Origin: an uncultured Alphaproteobacteria bacterium
GTDB lineage: Bacteria > Pseudomonadota > Alphaproteobacteria > SHNJ01
Assembly: GCA_964458615.1 (NCBI GenBank)
Contig: CAYWJR010000001.1
Coordinates: forward strand, 24,429-88,428
DNA length: 64,000 nt
Reading direction: 5' to 3'
This document shows positions 39,645-49,495 of the stretch, in pieces. The translations under genes were made by a program, and so were the position numbers. Below the pieces are notes generated by a model. It saw only the letters and a program-made list of their open reading frames with translations, had not been told where the DNA came from and ran no database searches. Positions within the stretch are counted from its first letter, which is position 1. The number at the start of each line of letters is the position of its first letter.

Positions 39645-40166
39645 TTATCTTAATAAGAAATAATGCCCGGCGATGAATCCAATCGGCGCACCGATCAACG
39701 GCCACCCCAAAATGACCCCCGCCCAAAGATCGCTTAGGAAAAATGCAAACCATTGTTGGGGCAACAACAAACTGAATATCAAGGCGAAGGATGCGATAAT
39801 TGCCGGGCAAAACGCAACCATCATCGTACTGATGGATAATGTGCGTATAATTTCACGTATTGGTTTGTGGCGCGTCACATATACAGATGGAATTAAAAAT
39901 ACCGCCACAACAAAAACACCGACGAAAAAACCGCCCACGAACCACATCAAATTGGATTCCATCAATTTCCAAGTCGCGCTTAGCGTTCCATAAAAACCGG
40001 GTTCAATCGATATAGATGGATCGAATATTTCCGCAATCGCGCTGCCCAGCGTATAAGGAACATACGCGATAAACCCGGCCAAAAACGATCCCCAAACCAA
40101 TCCAACAATGTAACGGCCAATATATTTTTTGGCGTCAGCGATTGTAATGTTGGGATTAATTGACAT
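39645..40166 (-). CDS. Hypothetical membrane protein (about 4 TM).
   Basis: Hydrophobic 173-aa ORF between lipA and lpdA. No family recognised. Confidence 0.45.
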   Translation of the reverse strand: MSINPNITIADAKKYIGRYIVGLVWGSFLAGFIAYVPYTLGSAIAEIFDPSISIEPGFYGTLSATWKLMESNLMWFVGGFFVGVFVVAVFLIPSVYVTRHKPIREIIRTLSISTMMVAFCPAIIASFALIFSLLLPQQWFAFFLSDLWAGVILGWPLIGAPIGFIAGHYFLLR

Positions 40167-40168
40167 TG

Positions 40169-41572
40169 TTAAAAATGAATCACCTTGCCGAATGCGTCCA
40201 ATGTCGATTCATGCATCATTTCCGACAATGTCGGATGCGGGAATATGGTGTGCATCAATTCGGCTTCGGTCAACTCGCCGGTCTTGGCGATGCCGAATCC
40301 TTGGATCATTTCGGTTACTTCGGCGCCGATCATGTGCGCGCCCAGCAATTCGCCGCTTTTTGCATCAAAAATAGTTTTCACCAAACCTTCGGGTTCGCCC
40401 AATGCAATCGCCTTGCCGTTACCCATGAACGGGAATCGCCCGACGCGTATTTCACGGCCCGATTCTTTGGCTTTTTTCTCGGTCCACCCGATGCTGGCGA
40501 TTTGCGGCATCGAATAGGTACAGCCCGGAATATTTTGTACATTCAACGGATGCACATCGTTCAGTCCGGCAATTTTTTCAACGCAAATTACGCCTTCGTG
40601 GCTGGCTTTGTGCGCAAGCCATGGCGCGCCGGTCAAATCGCCGATGGCGTATACGCCGGCCTCGGCGGTTTGCGCCCATTCATTGACGACGATATGAGTT
40701 TTTTCGACCTTGATTTTGGTATTTTCAATGCCCAAATTTTCGACATTCCCGACAATCCCGACGGCGGAAATCAAACGTTCCGCTTTTATTTCTTGGGATT
40801 TTCCGCCGACATCGACAGTCACGGAAACATCGTTTGTGGATTTTTTAACGCCCTTAACCGCAGCGCCCGTTAAAATCTTGATGCCTTGCTTTTCAAATTG
40901 CTTGCGCGCCATTTGGCTGATTTCTTCGTCTTCGGCCGGCAAAATCCGATCGACCATTTCAACCACTGTTACATCGCAACCAAGATTGCGGTAAAAACTG
41001 GCGAATTCGATACCAATCGCACCAGACCCGACGACCACAATCGATTTCGGCAAAGTTGTTGGCACCATCGCCTCGCGATACGACCAAATCAATTTTCCAT
41101 CCGGTTCCATTCCCGGAATGACCCGCGCCCGCGCGCCGGTCGCCAAAATGATGTGTTTTGCCTGCAAAGTCGCAACCGGTTTATTATCTTTGGAAACGGC
41201 CACAACTCCCTTGCCGGCCAATTTGCCGAATCCGTCAAAAACGGTTACTTTATTTTTTTTCAGCAAATGACCGATACCGCCGGATAATTTTTTCGCAACA
41301 TCGCGCGAACGGGCGACGATTTTTGTTATATCGACGGAAATTTTGCCCTCGATCTTGATGCCAAAATCGGCCGCATGCTGAATCATATGATGGGCTTCGG
41401 AACTGCGTAACAGTGCCTTGGTCGGGATACAGCCCCAGTTCAAACAAATGCCACCCAGGTGATTGGCCTCTACCAATGCGACTTTCATTTTCAGCTGGCT
41501 GGCGCGAATCGCCGCCACATACCCGCCGGGTCCGCCGCCAATTACAATCAGATCGAAATTATGTTCAGCCAT
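40169..41572 (-). CDS. lpdA: Dihydrolipoyl dehydrogenase (E3).
   Basis: FAD motif GGGPGGYVAA. Redox-active disulfide GGICLNWGCIPTK. NAD-binding GSGAIGIE. C-terminal HPTLSE. Confidence 0.9.
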   Translation of the reverse strand: MAEHNFDLIVIGGGPGGYVAAIRASQLKMKVALVEANHLGGICLNWGCIPTKALLRSSEAHHMIQHAADFGIKIEGKISVDITKIVARSRDVAKKLSGGIGHLLKKNKVTVFDGFGKLAGKGVVAVSKDNKPVATLQAKHIILATGARARVIPGMEPDGKLIWSYREAMVPTTLPKSIVVVGSGAIGIEFASFYRNLGCDVTVVEMVDRILPAEDEEISQMARKQFEKQGIKILTGAAVKGVKKSTNDVSVTVDVGGKSQEIKAERLISAVGIVGNVENLGIENTKIKVEKTHIVVNEWAQTAEAGVYAIGDLTGAPWLAHKASHEGVICVEKIAGLNDVHPLNVQNIPGCTYSMPQIASIGWTEKKAKESGREIRVGRFPFMGNGKAIALGEPEGLVKTIFDAKSGELLGAHMIGAEVTEMIQGFGIAKTGELTEAELMHTIFPHPTLSEMMHESTLDAFGKVIHF

Positions 41573-41575
41573 AGA

Positions 41576-42730
41576 TTACATCGCCCCTGTTAAATATTCG
41601 TATTTGCCGTTATTCCATTGATACATTTTGAAAAACGGAAATTTTAAATCGCCTTTTTCGTCGAATTCGATTTGTCCCAAAACGGTTTTAAATTTACCAT
41701 CCCGCAAAGCCGCGATAATTTTCGCGCTGTCCGATGCATTCGCCGATTTTGCAATCGCCTGCGCCGCCAATTGCACATTCGCATAAGAATATAATGTGAA
41801 TATTTCAGGCTTTATTTTACGGGACTGAAGCGATTTTATAACCGCGCCAGATGCCTTATCCTTGGTTGGATCCAAAGGCCCGGACATGACAAATCCATTG
41901 GCCGTTTTATTCGCAACCGACCAAAATTCCTGAACCATTGCGGCATCGCCGCCAATAAATTTTATTTTTAATTTGGCGTCCGCCGACTGACGGATGATCG
42001 AACCCGCCTCGATGGGGAATGTCGCGATCAACGCAACCGTGATTCCCTTGGATTTCAATTTGGTAACAAGCGATGAAAAATCTTTTTCGCCGGTCGAAAT
42101 CGTATCGTAAATGACTTCTTTGATTCCAGCCGCAGCCAGGTGTCCGCGCACGGCATCCGCCAATCCTTTGCCCCATGTCGTTTTATCGTGAATGATCGCG
42201 ATTTTTTCATCGGTCGTGTATTTACCCACGTAATCTTTGCCCGCATGCGATTCGCCCGGGGTTGCGAATTTTTTCAATATATAGGCGGCCAAAACCTCGC
42301 CTTGCTGATCGTCGCGGCCATAGGGGCGAAAAATATTTTTCATGCCGCGCTCGGTAATTTCCGGGTTGCTGGCAGTGGGTGTAATATTGGCGATGCCTTC
42401 ATCCGCTGTAACGCCCGAAGCCGCCATAAACGCGCCGGAACATGCAGGCCCGATGATTAACGCAGGCGATGCGCCAACCAACCGGTTGATGGCCAAAACC
42501 GCCTGTTTTGGATCGCACGCATCGTCTTCCAATTTGATGGCCAATTTTTCGCCCAAAACGCCACCCGATGCATTGATGTCGTCAACCGCGGCCTTGATCC
42601 CAGCCAAACTTTGTTCGCCCAAACTGGCGGCTGGCCCTGTCATGGGCAATGATACGCCGATTGTAATATCGGCGTGTGCGGAACAGACAAAAGCAAAAGA
42701 TAAAATTACGCCGATAATAAATTTTTTCAT
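41576..42730 (-). CDS. Branched-chain amino acid ABC transporter substrate-binding protein (LivJ/LivK family); orphan.
   Basis: Signal peptide MKKFIIGVILSFAFVCSAHA. PBP type-I fold motifs (GVSLPMTGPAASLG...IGPACSG). Start at 42730 chosen (TAATG junction with the upstream paralog). No cognate permease or ATPase genes nearby. Confidence 0.8.
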   Translation of the reverse strand: MKKFIIGVILSFAFVCSAHADITIGVSLPMTGPAASLGEQSLAGIKAAVDDINASGGVLGEKLAIKLEDDACDPKQAVLAINRLVGASPALIIGPACSGAFMAASGVTADEGIANITPTASNPEITERGMKNIFRPYGRDDQQGEVLAAYILKKFATPGESHAGKDYVGKYTTDEKIAIIHDKTTWGKGLADAVRGHLAAAGIKEVIYDTISTGEKDFSSLVTKLKSKGITVALIATFPIEAGSIIRQSADAKLKIKFIGGDAAMVQEFWSVANKTANGFVMSGPLDPTKDKASGAVIKSLQSRKIKPEIFTLYSYANVQLAAQAIAKSANASDSAKIIAALRDGKFKTVLGQIEFDEKGDLKFPFFKMYQWNNGKYEYLTGAM

Positions 42731-43827
42731 TACAACCCGCCATTCATCAATTGATAATCGCCGTCGATCCATTGATAAAATTTCCACAAAGGTTTAGTCA
42801 TATCGCCGTTTTTATCGAACGACACGGGACCAATCAAAGTATCGAATTCGGATGAATGCAGCGCAGCTACGATTTTAGACGATTCCGCCGACCCCGCCTT
42901 TTCTATGGCTTGTGCCATAACCTGCATCGAAGCGTACATATATAGCGTATATAATTCTGCCTTGCCTTTTTGCGCTTCGATTTGCTCGACCGCCTTGCGT
43001 CCGGCGTCATTTTGCCGTGGATCGAAAGGGCCGCTGAACACAACGCCCTCACCCAGTTTTCCAGCGACTTTCCAGAAATCGGCGTTTAGCAACGCATCGC
43101 CACCAATAAAAGCCGATTGCAGTTTTTGTTCCCGCGCCTGGCGCACCATCAATCCGGCTTCGACCGGAAACAGGCCCATGACCACCACGTCGATTTTTTC
43201 TTTTTTCATCCGGCTGATAGTGGCGCTGAAATCCTTGTCACCCAAATTCACGCTGTCGATCAAAACCGGTTTCACGCCGGATTTGACCAGCGCTGCGCGC
43301 ACATTATCGGTTAGGCTTTTGCCCCAGGCCTGTTTATCGTGCAATAGCGCGATACGTTTACCGGGATGGGTTTTCTGGATATATTGGTAGATAAATTCCG
43401 CCTGCTGGCTATCGCGGCCGTTCAATCTGGCCAGATTTTTCAACCCCCGCCCTGTCACGTCGGAATGGGTGGAAATCGTTACCTCGGGCAAGCCTTCCTC
43501 GGCGAAAATTTCCGATGCCGGGATTGTCGCCATGGAACATAGTGGCCCCAAAATCCCAGTCACGCCTAAAGACACCAAACGGTTCGCCGCTGCTACGCCT
43601 TGCTTGGCGTCGCACGCATCGTCTTCGTATACGACCTTGATTTTTTGGCCGCCTAGAACACCGGTTTTGTTGATTTCGGCAAGCGCGGCTTTGATCCCTT
43701 CCCGCGATTGTTCCCCAAATGCCGCCGCGCTTCCGGTCAATGGCGTGGAAACGCCGATCAAAATATCGGCTGAGGCTGGCGTGCATAGAAGAGAGAGCAA
43801 TAAGGTGGCGAATAGAATCTTTTTCAT
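42730..43827 (-). CDS. Branched-chain amino acid ABC transporter substrate-binding protein (LivJ/LivK family); paralog of the previous gene.
   Basis: Signal peptide MKKILFATLLLSLLCTPASA. Same family motifs (GVSTPLTGSAAAFG...LGPLCS). Tandem paralog. Confidence 0.8.
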   Translation of the reverse strand: MKKILFATLLLSLLCTPASADILIGVSTPLTGSAAAFGEQSREGIKAALAEINKTGVLGGQKIKVVYEDDACDAKQGVAAANRLVSLGVTGILGPLCSMATIPASEIFAEEGLPEVTISTHSDVTGRGLKNLARLNGRDSQQAEFIYQYIQKTHPGKRIALLHDKQAWGKSLTDNVRAALVKSGVKPVLIDSVNLGDKDFSATISRMKKEKIDVVVMGLFPVEAGLMVRQAREQKLQSAFIGGDALLNADFWKVAGKLGEGVVFSGPFDPRQNDAGRKAVEQIEAQKGKAELYTLYMYASMQVMAQAIEKAGSAESSKIVAALHSSEFDTLIGPVSFDKNGDMTKPLWKFYQWIDGDYQLMNGGL

Positions 43828-43857
43828 AAACAGCTCCTTGTCCGTGACAGTGAACGG

Positions 43858-44754
43858 TTAAACCATCATCAAAAACGGCTCTTCGATAAAGCCTTTGAAT
43901 GCTTGCAACCATTCCGCGCCAACCGAACCGTCAATCGCCCTGTGGTCAACCGACAACGTGCATGTCATTACCGTCGCAACGGTCAATTCGCCATCGCGCA
44001 CGATTGGGCGTTGTTCGCCCTGCCCAACGGCCAAAATTGCAGCCTGCGGCGGATTGATGATCGCGGCAAAATCCTTGATGCCGAACATGCCCAAATTCGA
44101 AATGCTGAATGAACCGCCGGTATATTCTTCGGGCATCAATTTTCCGGCCTTGGCGCGTTCAGCCAGGGATTTCATTTCTACCGAAATATCCTTGAATCCC
44201 TTGCGGTCTGCGGCGCGAATAATCGGCGTGATCAGGCCGCCGGGAATTGCCACCGCAACCGAAATATCGGCCTGATTATATTTCAACATGCCTTCGTCCG
44301 ACCAGGACACATTGGCATTCGGCACCTTGATCAACGCGCTGGCGCAGGCCTTGATGATCAAATCGTTGACCGATAATTTGACGCCGTCGGATTCCAGTTT
44401 TTTATTCAAACGCACGCGCATGTCCAGCAACGCATCCAATTGACAATCCACGGTCAGATAAAAATGCGGTACGGTTTGTTTCGATTCGGTCAGGCGTTTG
44501 GCAATCACCTTGCGCATCATCGAATGCGGTTCAACGGTAAATGCCGCCTGCGGCAAATTACCGGGCGCGGACATTACCAGCGATTTATTTTGCGCGATTG
44601 GCGATGCGCCGCCGCGCGCGGATTCGACATCATGGCGCACAATGCGCCCGCGCGGACCCGTGCCGGTGATGCCGGATAAATCCACGCCCATTTGTTTGGC
44701 CAAACGTTTGGCCAGGGGCGATGCGATGATGCGTTGTTGGTTGGAATGCAACAT
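43858..44754 (-). CDS. pdhC: Dihydrolipoamide acyltransferase E2 core of the pyruvate dehydrogenase complex, apparently lacking an N-terminal lipoyl domain.
   Basis: Begins directly with the peripheral subunit-binding domain (IIASPLAKRLAKQMGVDLSGITGTGPRGRIVRHDVE), then the 2-oxoacid dehydrogenase acyltransferase catalytic domain (...SVDHRAIDGS...). The ATG is 1 nt after the pdhB stop, so no room for a lipoyl domain. Confidence 0.75.
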   Translation of the reverse strand: MLHSNQQRIIASPLAKRLAKQMGVDLSGITGTGPRGRIVRHDVESARGGASPIAQNKSLVMSAPGNLPQAAFTVEPHSMMRKVIAKRLTESKQTVPHFYLTVDCQLDALLDMRVRLNKKLESDGVKLSVNDLIIKACASALIKVPNANVSWSDEGMLKYNQADISVAVAIPGGLITPIIRAADRKGFKDISVEMKSLAERAKAGKLMPEEYTGGSFSISNLGMFGIKDFAAIINPPQAAILAVGQGEQRPIVRDGELTVATVMTCTLSVDHRAIDGSVGAEWLQAFKGFIEEPFLMMV

Positions 44755-44755
44755 G

Positions 44756-46135
44756 TTATTTCCCCAAAACTTGTTTCACGGCGTCGATTACATCCGAAAC
44801 TTGCGGCAGGCTCATCGCCTCTAAATTCGCGGCATATGGCAATGGCACATCCTTGCCCGTCACACGAATCAATGGCGCGTCCAGTTCATCGAACGCTTGT
44901 TCCATAATCACGGCGGCGATTTCGGAACCGATCCCGGCATATGGCCAGCCTTCTTCCAATGAAATAATATGATTGGTTTTACGCACCGATTCGATAATCG
45001 TCGCGGTATCCAGCGGACGCAACGTGCGCAGATTGATAACTTCGCAACTAATCCCTTCGGATTCCAATTGCTCGGCGGCTTTTAATGCCAAACCGACGGG
45101 ACGCGAGAATGCAATGATGGTTACATGTTGACCCACGCGTTCGATTTTCGCCTGGCCGATTGGAACAGTGAAATCCTTGTCGGTAGGGCATGGGAATGAT
45201 TGGCCGTACATAATTTCGTTTTCCAAAACCACAACCGGATTCGGATCGCGGATGGCCGATTTCATCAAACCTTTCGCGTCTTCGGCGGAATAAGGCGCGA
45301 CGACTTTTAATCCTGGGCAATGCGCATACCATGACGCATAACATTGCGAATGCTGCGCCCCCACGCGCGCGGCGGCGCCATTTGGGCCGCGAAACACAAT
45401 CGGGCAACCCAATTGGCCGCCCGACATATATAACGTTTTCGCAGCGGAGTTAATGATTTGATCGATCGCCTGCATCGAAAAATTCATGGTCATGAATTCG
45501 ACAATCGGTTTCAATCCCAAAAAGGCCGAGCCGACCGCAAGACCCGCGAATCCATGTTCGGTGATTGGCGTGTCGATCACGCGTTTTGCGCCGAATTCAT
45601 CCAACAATCCTTGGGATACTTTGTACGCGCCATTATATTCCGCGACTTCCTCGCCCATCAAAAATACTTTTTCATCGGCACGCATTTCCTCCGCCATCGC
45701 TTCGCGCAATGCCTCTCGCACGGTTTTGATTTCGGTCGGGCCGGTATAGGCGCTTGGCGCCGGTGCGGCGGCAACCGTTTGTTTCGGCGCGGATGATGCG
45801 GATTTATTCACAACAATATCGGATTTTGGCGCCTGGGTAGCCGGTTTTGGCGCGGCATGCGTGCCATTGGTTTTAATCGCGCCGGCGTCTTCGCCTTCTT
45901 CCAATAACACCGCAATAGGCGTGTTCACCGCAACGCCTTGGGATCCGGCATTGATCAGGATTTTACCGATTACGCCTTCATCGACTGCCTCGACTTCCAT
46001 AGTCGCTTTGTCGGTTTCGATTTCCGCGATCACTTCGCCGGGCTTTACCTTGTCGCCCTCTTTTTTATGCCATTTGGCCAGGTTTCCCTCGGTCATGGTT
46101 GGCGATAATGCAGGCATTAAAATTTGGATGGGCAT
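44756..46135 (-). CDS. pdhB: Pyruvate dehydrogenase E1 beta subunit with N-terminal lipoyl domain (alphaproteobacterial type).
   Basis: N-terminal lipoyl domain ([22 protein letters not shown]...[10 protein letters not shown]), Ala/Pro linker, then the transketolase-like E1-beta body. Confidence 0.9.
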   Translation of the reverse strand: MPIQILMPALSPTMTEGNLAKWHKKEGDKVKPGEVIAEIETDKATMEVEAVDEGVIGKILINAGSQGVAVNTPIAVLLEEGEDAGAIKTNGTHAAPKPATQAPKSDIVVNKSASSAPKQTVAAAPAPSAYTGPTEIKTVREALREAMAEEMRADEKVFLMGEEVAEYNGAYKVSQGLLDEFGAKRVIDTPITEHGFAGLAVGSAFLGLKPIVEFMTMNFSMQAIDQIINSAAKTLYMSGGQLGCPIVFRGPNGAAARVGAQHSQCYASWYAHCPGLKVVAPYSAEDAKGLMKSAIRDPNPVVVLENEIMYGQSFPCPTDKDFTVPIGQAKIERVGQHVTIIAFSRPVGLALKAAEQLESEGISCEVINLRTLRPLDTATIIESVRKTNHIISLEEGWPYAGIGSEIAAVIMEQAFDELDAPLIRVTGKDVPLPYAANLEAMSLPQVSDVIDAVKQVLGK

Positions 46136-46147
46136 TTATTATTTTCC

Positions 46148-46585
46148 TTATCTTGCTAAATAATTTCTGCTGGCGTCTGGTGTTAAAAAACTGAGGCGTA
46201 CAATTTTTTCATCAGGATTAGGCACACGAGCAAATTTAATCGCGGTTGTTGCAACAACAGGCGGCGCTATGATTGCTACGCCGCCTCCCGAATCCTCATG
46301 GGCTTCATCCGGGCACTCAGTTATTATATGCTCATCTTGATCATCTAAATCGGCTAAAAACTGACCTATGGGAACGTGACTAATATCGAAGTCTGCCTCT
46401 GCCAATTCTACCCATACCGTTACTTTTTGCCCGTTATCACGGTTCAAAAAAGATAATGAGCCGGGAAAACTACTTGCGAATTTAGCCGCGTCTGGAAACA
46501 ATTCCGCATGAAGATGAAATACGGTTTTTGATCCAGCCGCAATCGAATCGAATATTTCTCTTCCTACGGAAAAAGCCACTGCCAT
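46148..46585 (-). CDS. Hypothetical acidic protein (145 aa) inserted between pdhA and pdhB.
   Basis: ORF tightly packed in the operon (start 4 nt before the pdhA stop). No family recognised. Confidence 0.45.
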   Translation of the reverse strand: MAVAFSVGREIFDSIAAGSKTVFHLHAELFPDAAKFASSFPGSLSFLNRDNGQKVTVWVELAEADFDISHVPIGQFLADLDDQDEHIITECPDEAHEDSGGGVAIIAPPVVATTAIKFARVPNPDEKIVRLSFLTPDASRNYLAR

Positions 46586-46588
46586 ATG

Positions 46589-47617
46589 TTACGCAGCCTC
46601 CACTAAAATATCGGTATATAATTCGCTGGCATCCGGTTCCGGCGAAGTTTGCGCGAAATCGGCGGCATCGTTGACGATGATTTTGATCTCCGCTTCGATT
46701 TTTTTGAAATCGGCTTCGGTCGCCATTTTATTTTTTTCCAGATAATTACGCAAATTGCCGATCGGATCGTTTTTGTCACGATAAGATTCGACTTCTTCTT
46801 TGCTGCGGTATTTTCCGGGATCCGACATCGAATGGCCGCGGTAACGGTATGTGACCATTTCCATCAAATATGGCCCCTTGCCGCTGCGCACATGTTCGAC
46901 TGCCTTTAATCCCGCTTCGCGCACGGCCATAACATTCATACCATCGACCGACACGCCGGGAATTCCGTATCCATAACCGCGTTGCGCCAACCCCGGCCCC
47001 GCCGCCGCGCGAGCGCACGACGTGCCCATGCCATATTTATTATTTTCGATAATATACAAAACCGGCAATTTCCAAAGTGCGGCCATATTGAATGCCTCGT
47101 ACACCTGCCCTTGGTTTGCGGCGCCATCGCCCATGTAACAAACATTGATGCCGCCATCGTCGTTATATTTATGCGCGAACGCCAAACCGGTACCCAGCGG
47201 CACTTGTGCCCCAACGATACCGTGGCCGCCGTAAAATCCTTTTTCTTTCGAAAACATATGCATCGATCCGCCCTTGCCCTTGGAATAACCGCCGATGCGC
47301 CCGGTTAATTCTGCCATCACGCCGCGCGATTCCATACCGCAAGCCAACATGTGACCATGATCGCGGTACGCGGTAATCACTGTGTCTTGCGGTTTCTGAC
47401 AAGATTGCAAACCGACCACCACGGCTTCTTGGCCAATATATAAATGACAGAAACCGCCGATTAAACCCATGCCGTATAACTGGCCGGATTTTTCTTCGAA
47501 CCGCCGGATCAACAACATGTCGCGGTAAAATTGCATTAACATTTTTTTGTCCGGCGTTTTGGACGAAACGGATGCCGGTTTGGAATTGGTTTTGGATTTA
47601 TTTTTATTCTTAGCCAT
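46589..47617 (-). CDS. pdhA: Pyruvate dehydrogenase E1 alpha subunit.
   Basis: TPP-binding fold (GDGAANQG). Phosphorylation-loop-like YRYRGHSMSDPG motif. Confidence 0.9.
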   Translation of the reverse strand: MAKNKNKSKTNSKPASVSSKTPDKKMLMQFYRDMLLIRRFEEKSGQLYGMGLIGGFCHLYIGQEAVVVGLQSCQKPQDTVITAYRDHGHMLACGMESRGVMAELTGRIGGYSKGKGGSMHMFSKEKGFYGGHGIVGAQVPLGTGLAFAHKYNDDGGINVCYMGDGAANQGQVYEAFNMAALWKLPVLYIIENNKYGMGTSCARAAAGPGLAQRGYGYGIPGVSVDGMNVMAVREAGLKAVEHVRSGKGPYLMEMVTYRYRGHSMSDPGKYRSKEEVESYRDKNDPIGNLRNYLEKNKMATEADFKKIEAEIKIIVNDAADFAQTSPEPDASELYTDILVEAA

Positions 47618-47769
47618 TGGAAACCTTGGATAAAGGGATAATTCGGAACGACAATTACTAGCCCAAAACCGGCGAAATGTAAAAATAATTTCTATTGTTG
47701 CGGGTGCGAACTGTTATGGCTTGTGAAAGAATAATATGGTTTTACAGGGATTTCAGGCGAAATCCCATT

Positions 47770-48582
47770 TTATCCGAATAACCGAACGCGATCATGCGGG
47801 TTATCGGATCTTCCGGCAATTGGCTGTCTTGTTTGAAACATTGCCAAACAATCCCATTTTGCGTAATCGGCGTCTATTGGCGCGCTCAAGACATCGTGGA
47901 TCTTAATGATGTCTTGCAACGATTCGAACGCCGCATAACACAATGCCTTTATTCCCGCTGGCGCGATTGTATTTTCAACCTGCCAAATCGATTTTAATTC
48001 GCCGGATCTTTTATTCAAACTGACCGAATCCAAAGCAGGCGGGCGGTATTCCGTGATTGGGTCCAGTATTTTCCAGCTATCGGCGTAATCACCCGCCCTG
48101 CCAGTCATGCAATGACGATACAAATCCGCCTGAATCTGCTTTATTGATGCAATTCTTTGCCCTGCCAAATCGAATGTATCTATCCATTTCGGTACAACCG
48201 CATCGACCAATTCAGAATCTTTGGCCGAGGTTTTGGACAAAGTATTATCATGATCCGACAGATATTCCGCCCCAACCATGACATAACGCACGGCGCGATT
48301 CATAAAATTGATCATTTCCGGCGAATATGCCGCGCCGGTTTGCGTATGGCGTTGCCGCAGATGCAAAATAGTTGCGGCGCAAGCGGAAATCAATTGACCA
48401 TGTTCGTAGTCATGCAAGGCCGACGATTCAAAATCAGTAATTAAATTTTCAAGATTCGCGAAAATAATCGGCGGAACATCATTTTTAGAAAACAATTGGG
48501 CATAAGCCAATTGAAATGAAAATCCCAAATTGTTGTACGCTTGGTCGATTGTTTCAGATGGTGTGCGCGCCCGCCCGGTCAT
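47770..48582 (-). CDS. Hypothetical protein (270 aa).
   Basis: ORF; second gene of a two-gene minus-strand unit. No family recognised. Confidence 0.5.
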   Translation of the reverse strand: MTGRARTPSETIDQAYNNLGFSFQLAYAQLFSKNDVPPIIFANLENLITDFESSALHDYEHGQLISACAATILHLRQRHTQTGAAYSPEMINFMNRAVRYVMVGAEYLSDHDNTLSKTSAKDSELVDAVVPKWIDTFDLAGQRIASIKQIQADLYRHCMTGRAGDYADSWKILDPITEYRPPALDSVSLNKRSGELKSIWQVENTIAPAGIKALCYAAFESLQDIIKIHDVLSAPIDADYAKWDCLAMFQTRQPIAGRSDNPHDRVRLFG

Positions 48583-48594
48583 CGGCCAAATCCT

Positions 48595-49368
48595 TTATGC
48601 GGCGCGGCGGCGCCATGATGGTTTGATTTCCAGCAATACAACAGGCGGCAATTGCAATTCAGCGCGCTGTAAATTTTTTGGCAACGGCGATGCAACCGAT
48701 TGTTCCATGCGCAATACCGCTCCCGCCGCCTCGGTGACATAATAAGCCACCAAACGAAACGGTTCCGCCGCCGCGTTTTCAATTGGAAAAATATTTTTTG
48801 CCGATTGCATCAATTCAACAAAATCATTGTTCTTGGCCGCGTCCGACAATGTCACAGATCCCATATACCGCATATGTTCAACAGTTTGAAATTCCGCGTC
48901 ATTCAATCGCGCCACAATCGATGTGCCGACGCCGTTGGCCGCCTTTAATGCCAAATCCAGACGGAAAAACGTACCGCGTTGCGGCCAGTCGGGCAAGGAT
49001 TCGGAAATTTGTTTCATCGCGCGGTCGATTTTCAATTGATGTTTGGTCGGCATATGTCCGTTTTGACTGGCGCGTTCGGCAATCGATTCCACCATGGCAT
49101 AGGCCGCATCCATCAAAACCAAGGATCGAAAACTGACTGGTTTGGCATTGCGGCGGCGCGCCAAAATAAATTCCGAACACGCCTGCGCCAGATTACCCAT
49201 GGATGCCGCCGAAAATTGATCCGGGAATTCTTCGGCGCGTTGCGTAATATCGCGTATGGTCTTTAAATGACGGCTTGCGGGCGGGCTAAAACTGCCTGGA
49301 TTGGTTTTTCCTGCCTGTTCGGTTAAAAACATCAATGCGTTTTCAAATATTTCCATCTTGCCCCTCAA
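48595..49368 (-). CDS. Hypothetical protein (257 aa).
   Basis: ORF; first gene of a two-gene minus-strand unit, 12-nt gap to the next gene. No family recognised. Confidence 0.5.
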   Translation of the reverse strand: MRGKMEIFENALMFLTEQAGKTNPGSFSPPASRHLKTIRDITQRAEEFPDQFSAASMGNLAQACSEFILARRRNAKPVSFRSLVLMDAAYAMVESIAERASQNGHMPTKHQLKIDRAMKQISESLPDWPQRGTFFRLDLALKAANGVGTSIVARLNDAEFQTVEHMRYMGSVTLSDAAKNNDFVELMQSAKNIFPIENAAAEPFRLVAYYVTEAAGAVLRMEQSVASPLPKNLQRAELQLPPVVLLEIKPSWRRRAA

Positions 49369-49495
49369 ATATCGGATCCATTATGGATAAATTTTTACTA
49401 AAATCAAGCTTTTTCAAAAGCAATAAAATTTCAATTAACGCTGAATAATCAATAAATTAGCTGATTATATTGACAAATTACTTTATTGAATTAGG

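Noticed and set aside
40160-40873. 237-aa plus-strand ORF antisense to lpdA. Similar antisense ORFs lie over pdhB/pdhC/livJ genes (42342..42797, 43469..43861, 45458..45796).
   Set aside because: Antisense to strongly supported metabolic genes. No motifs.
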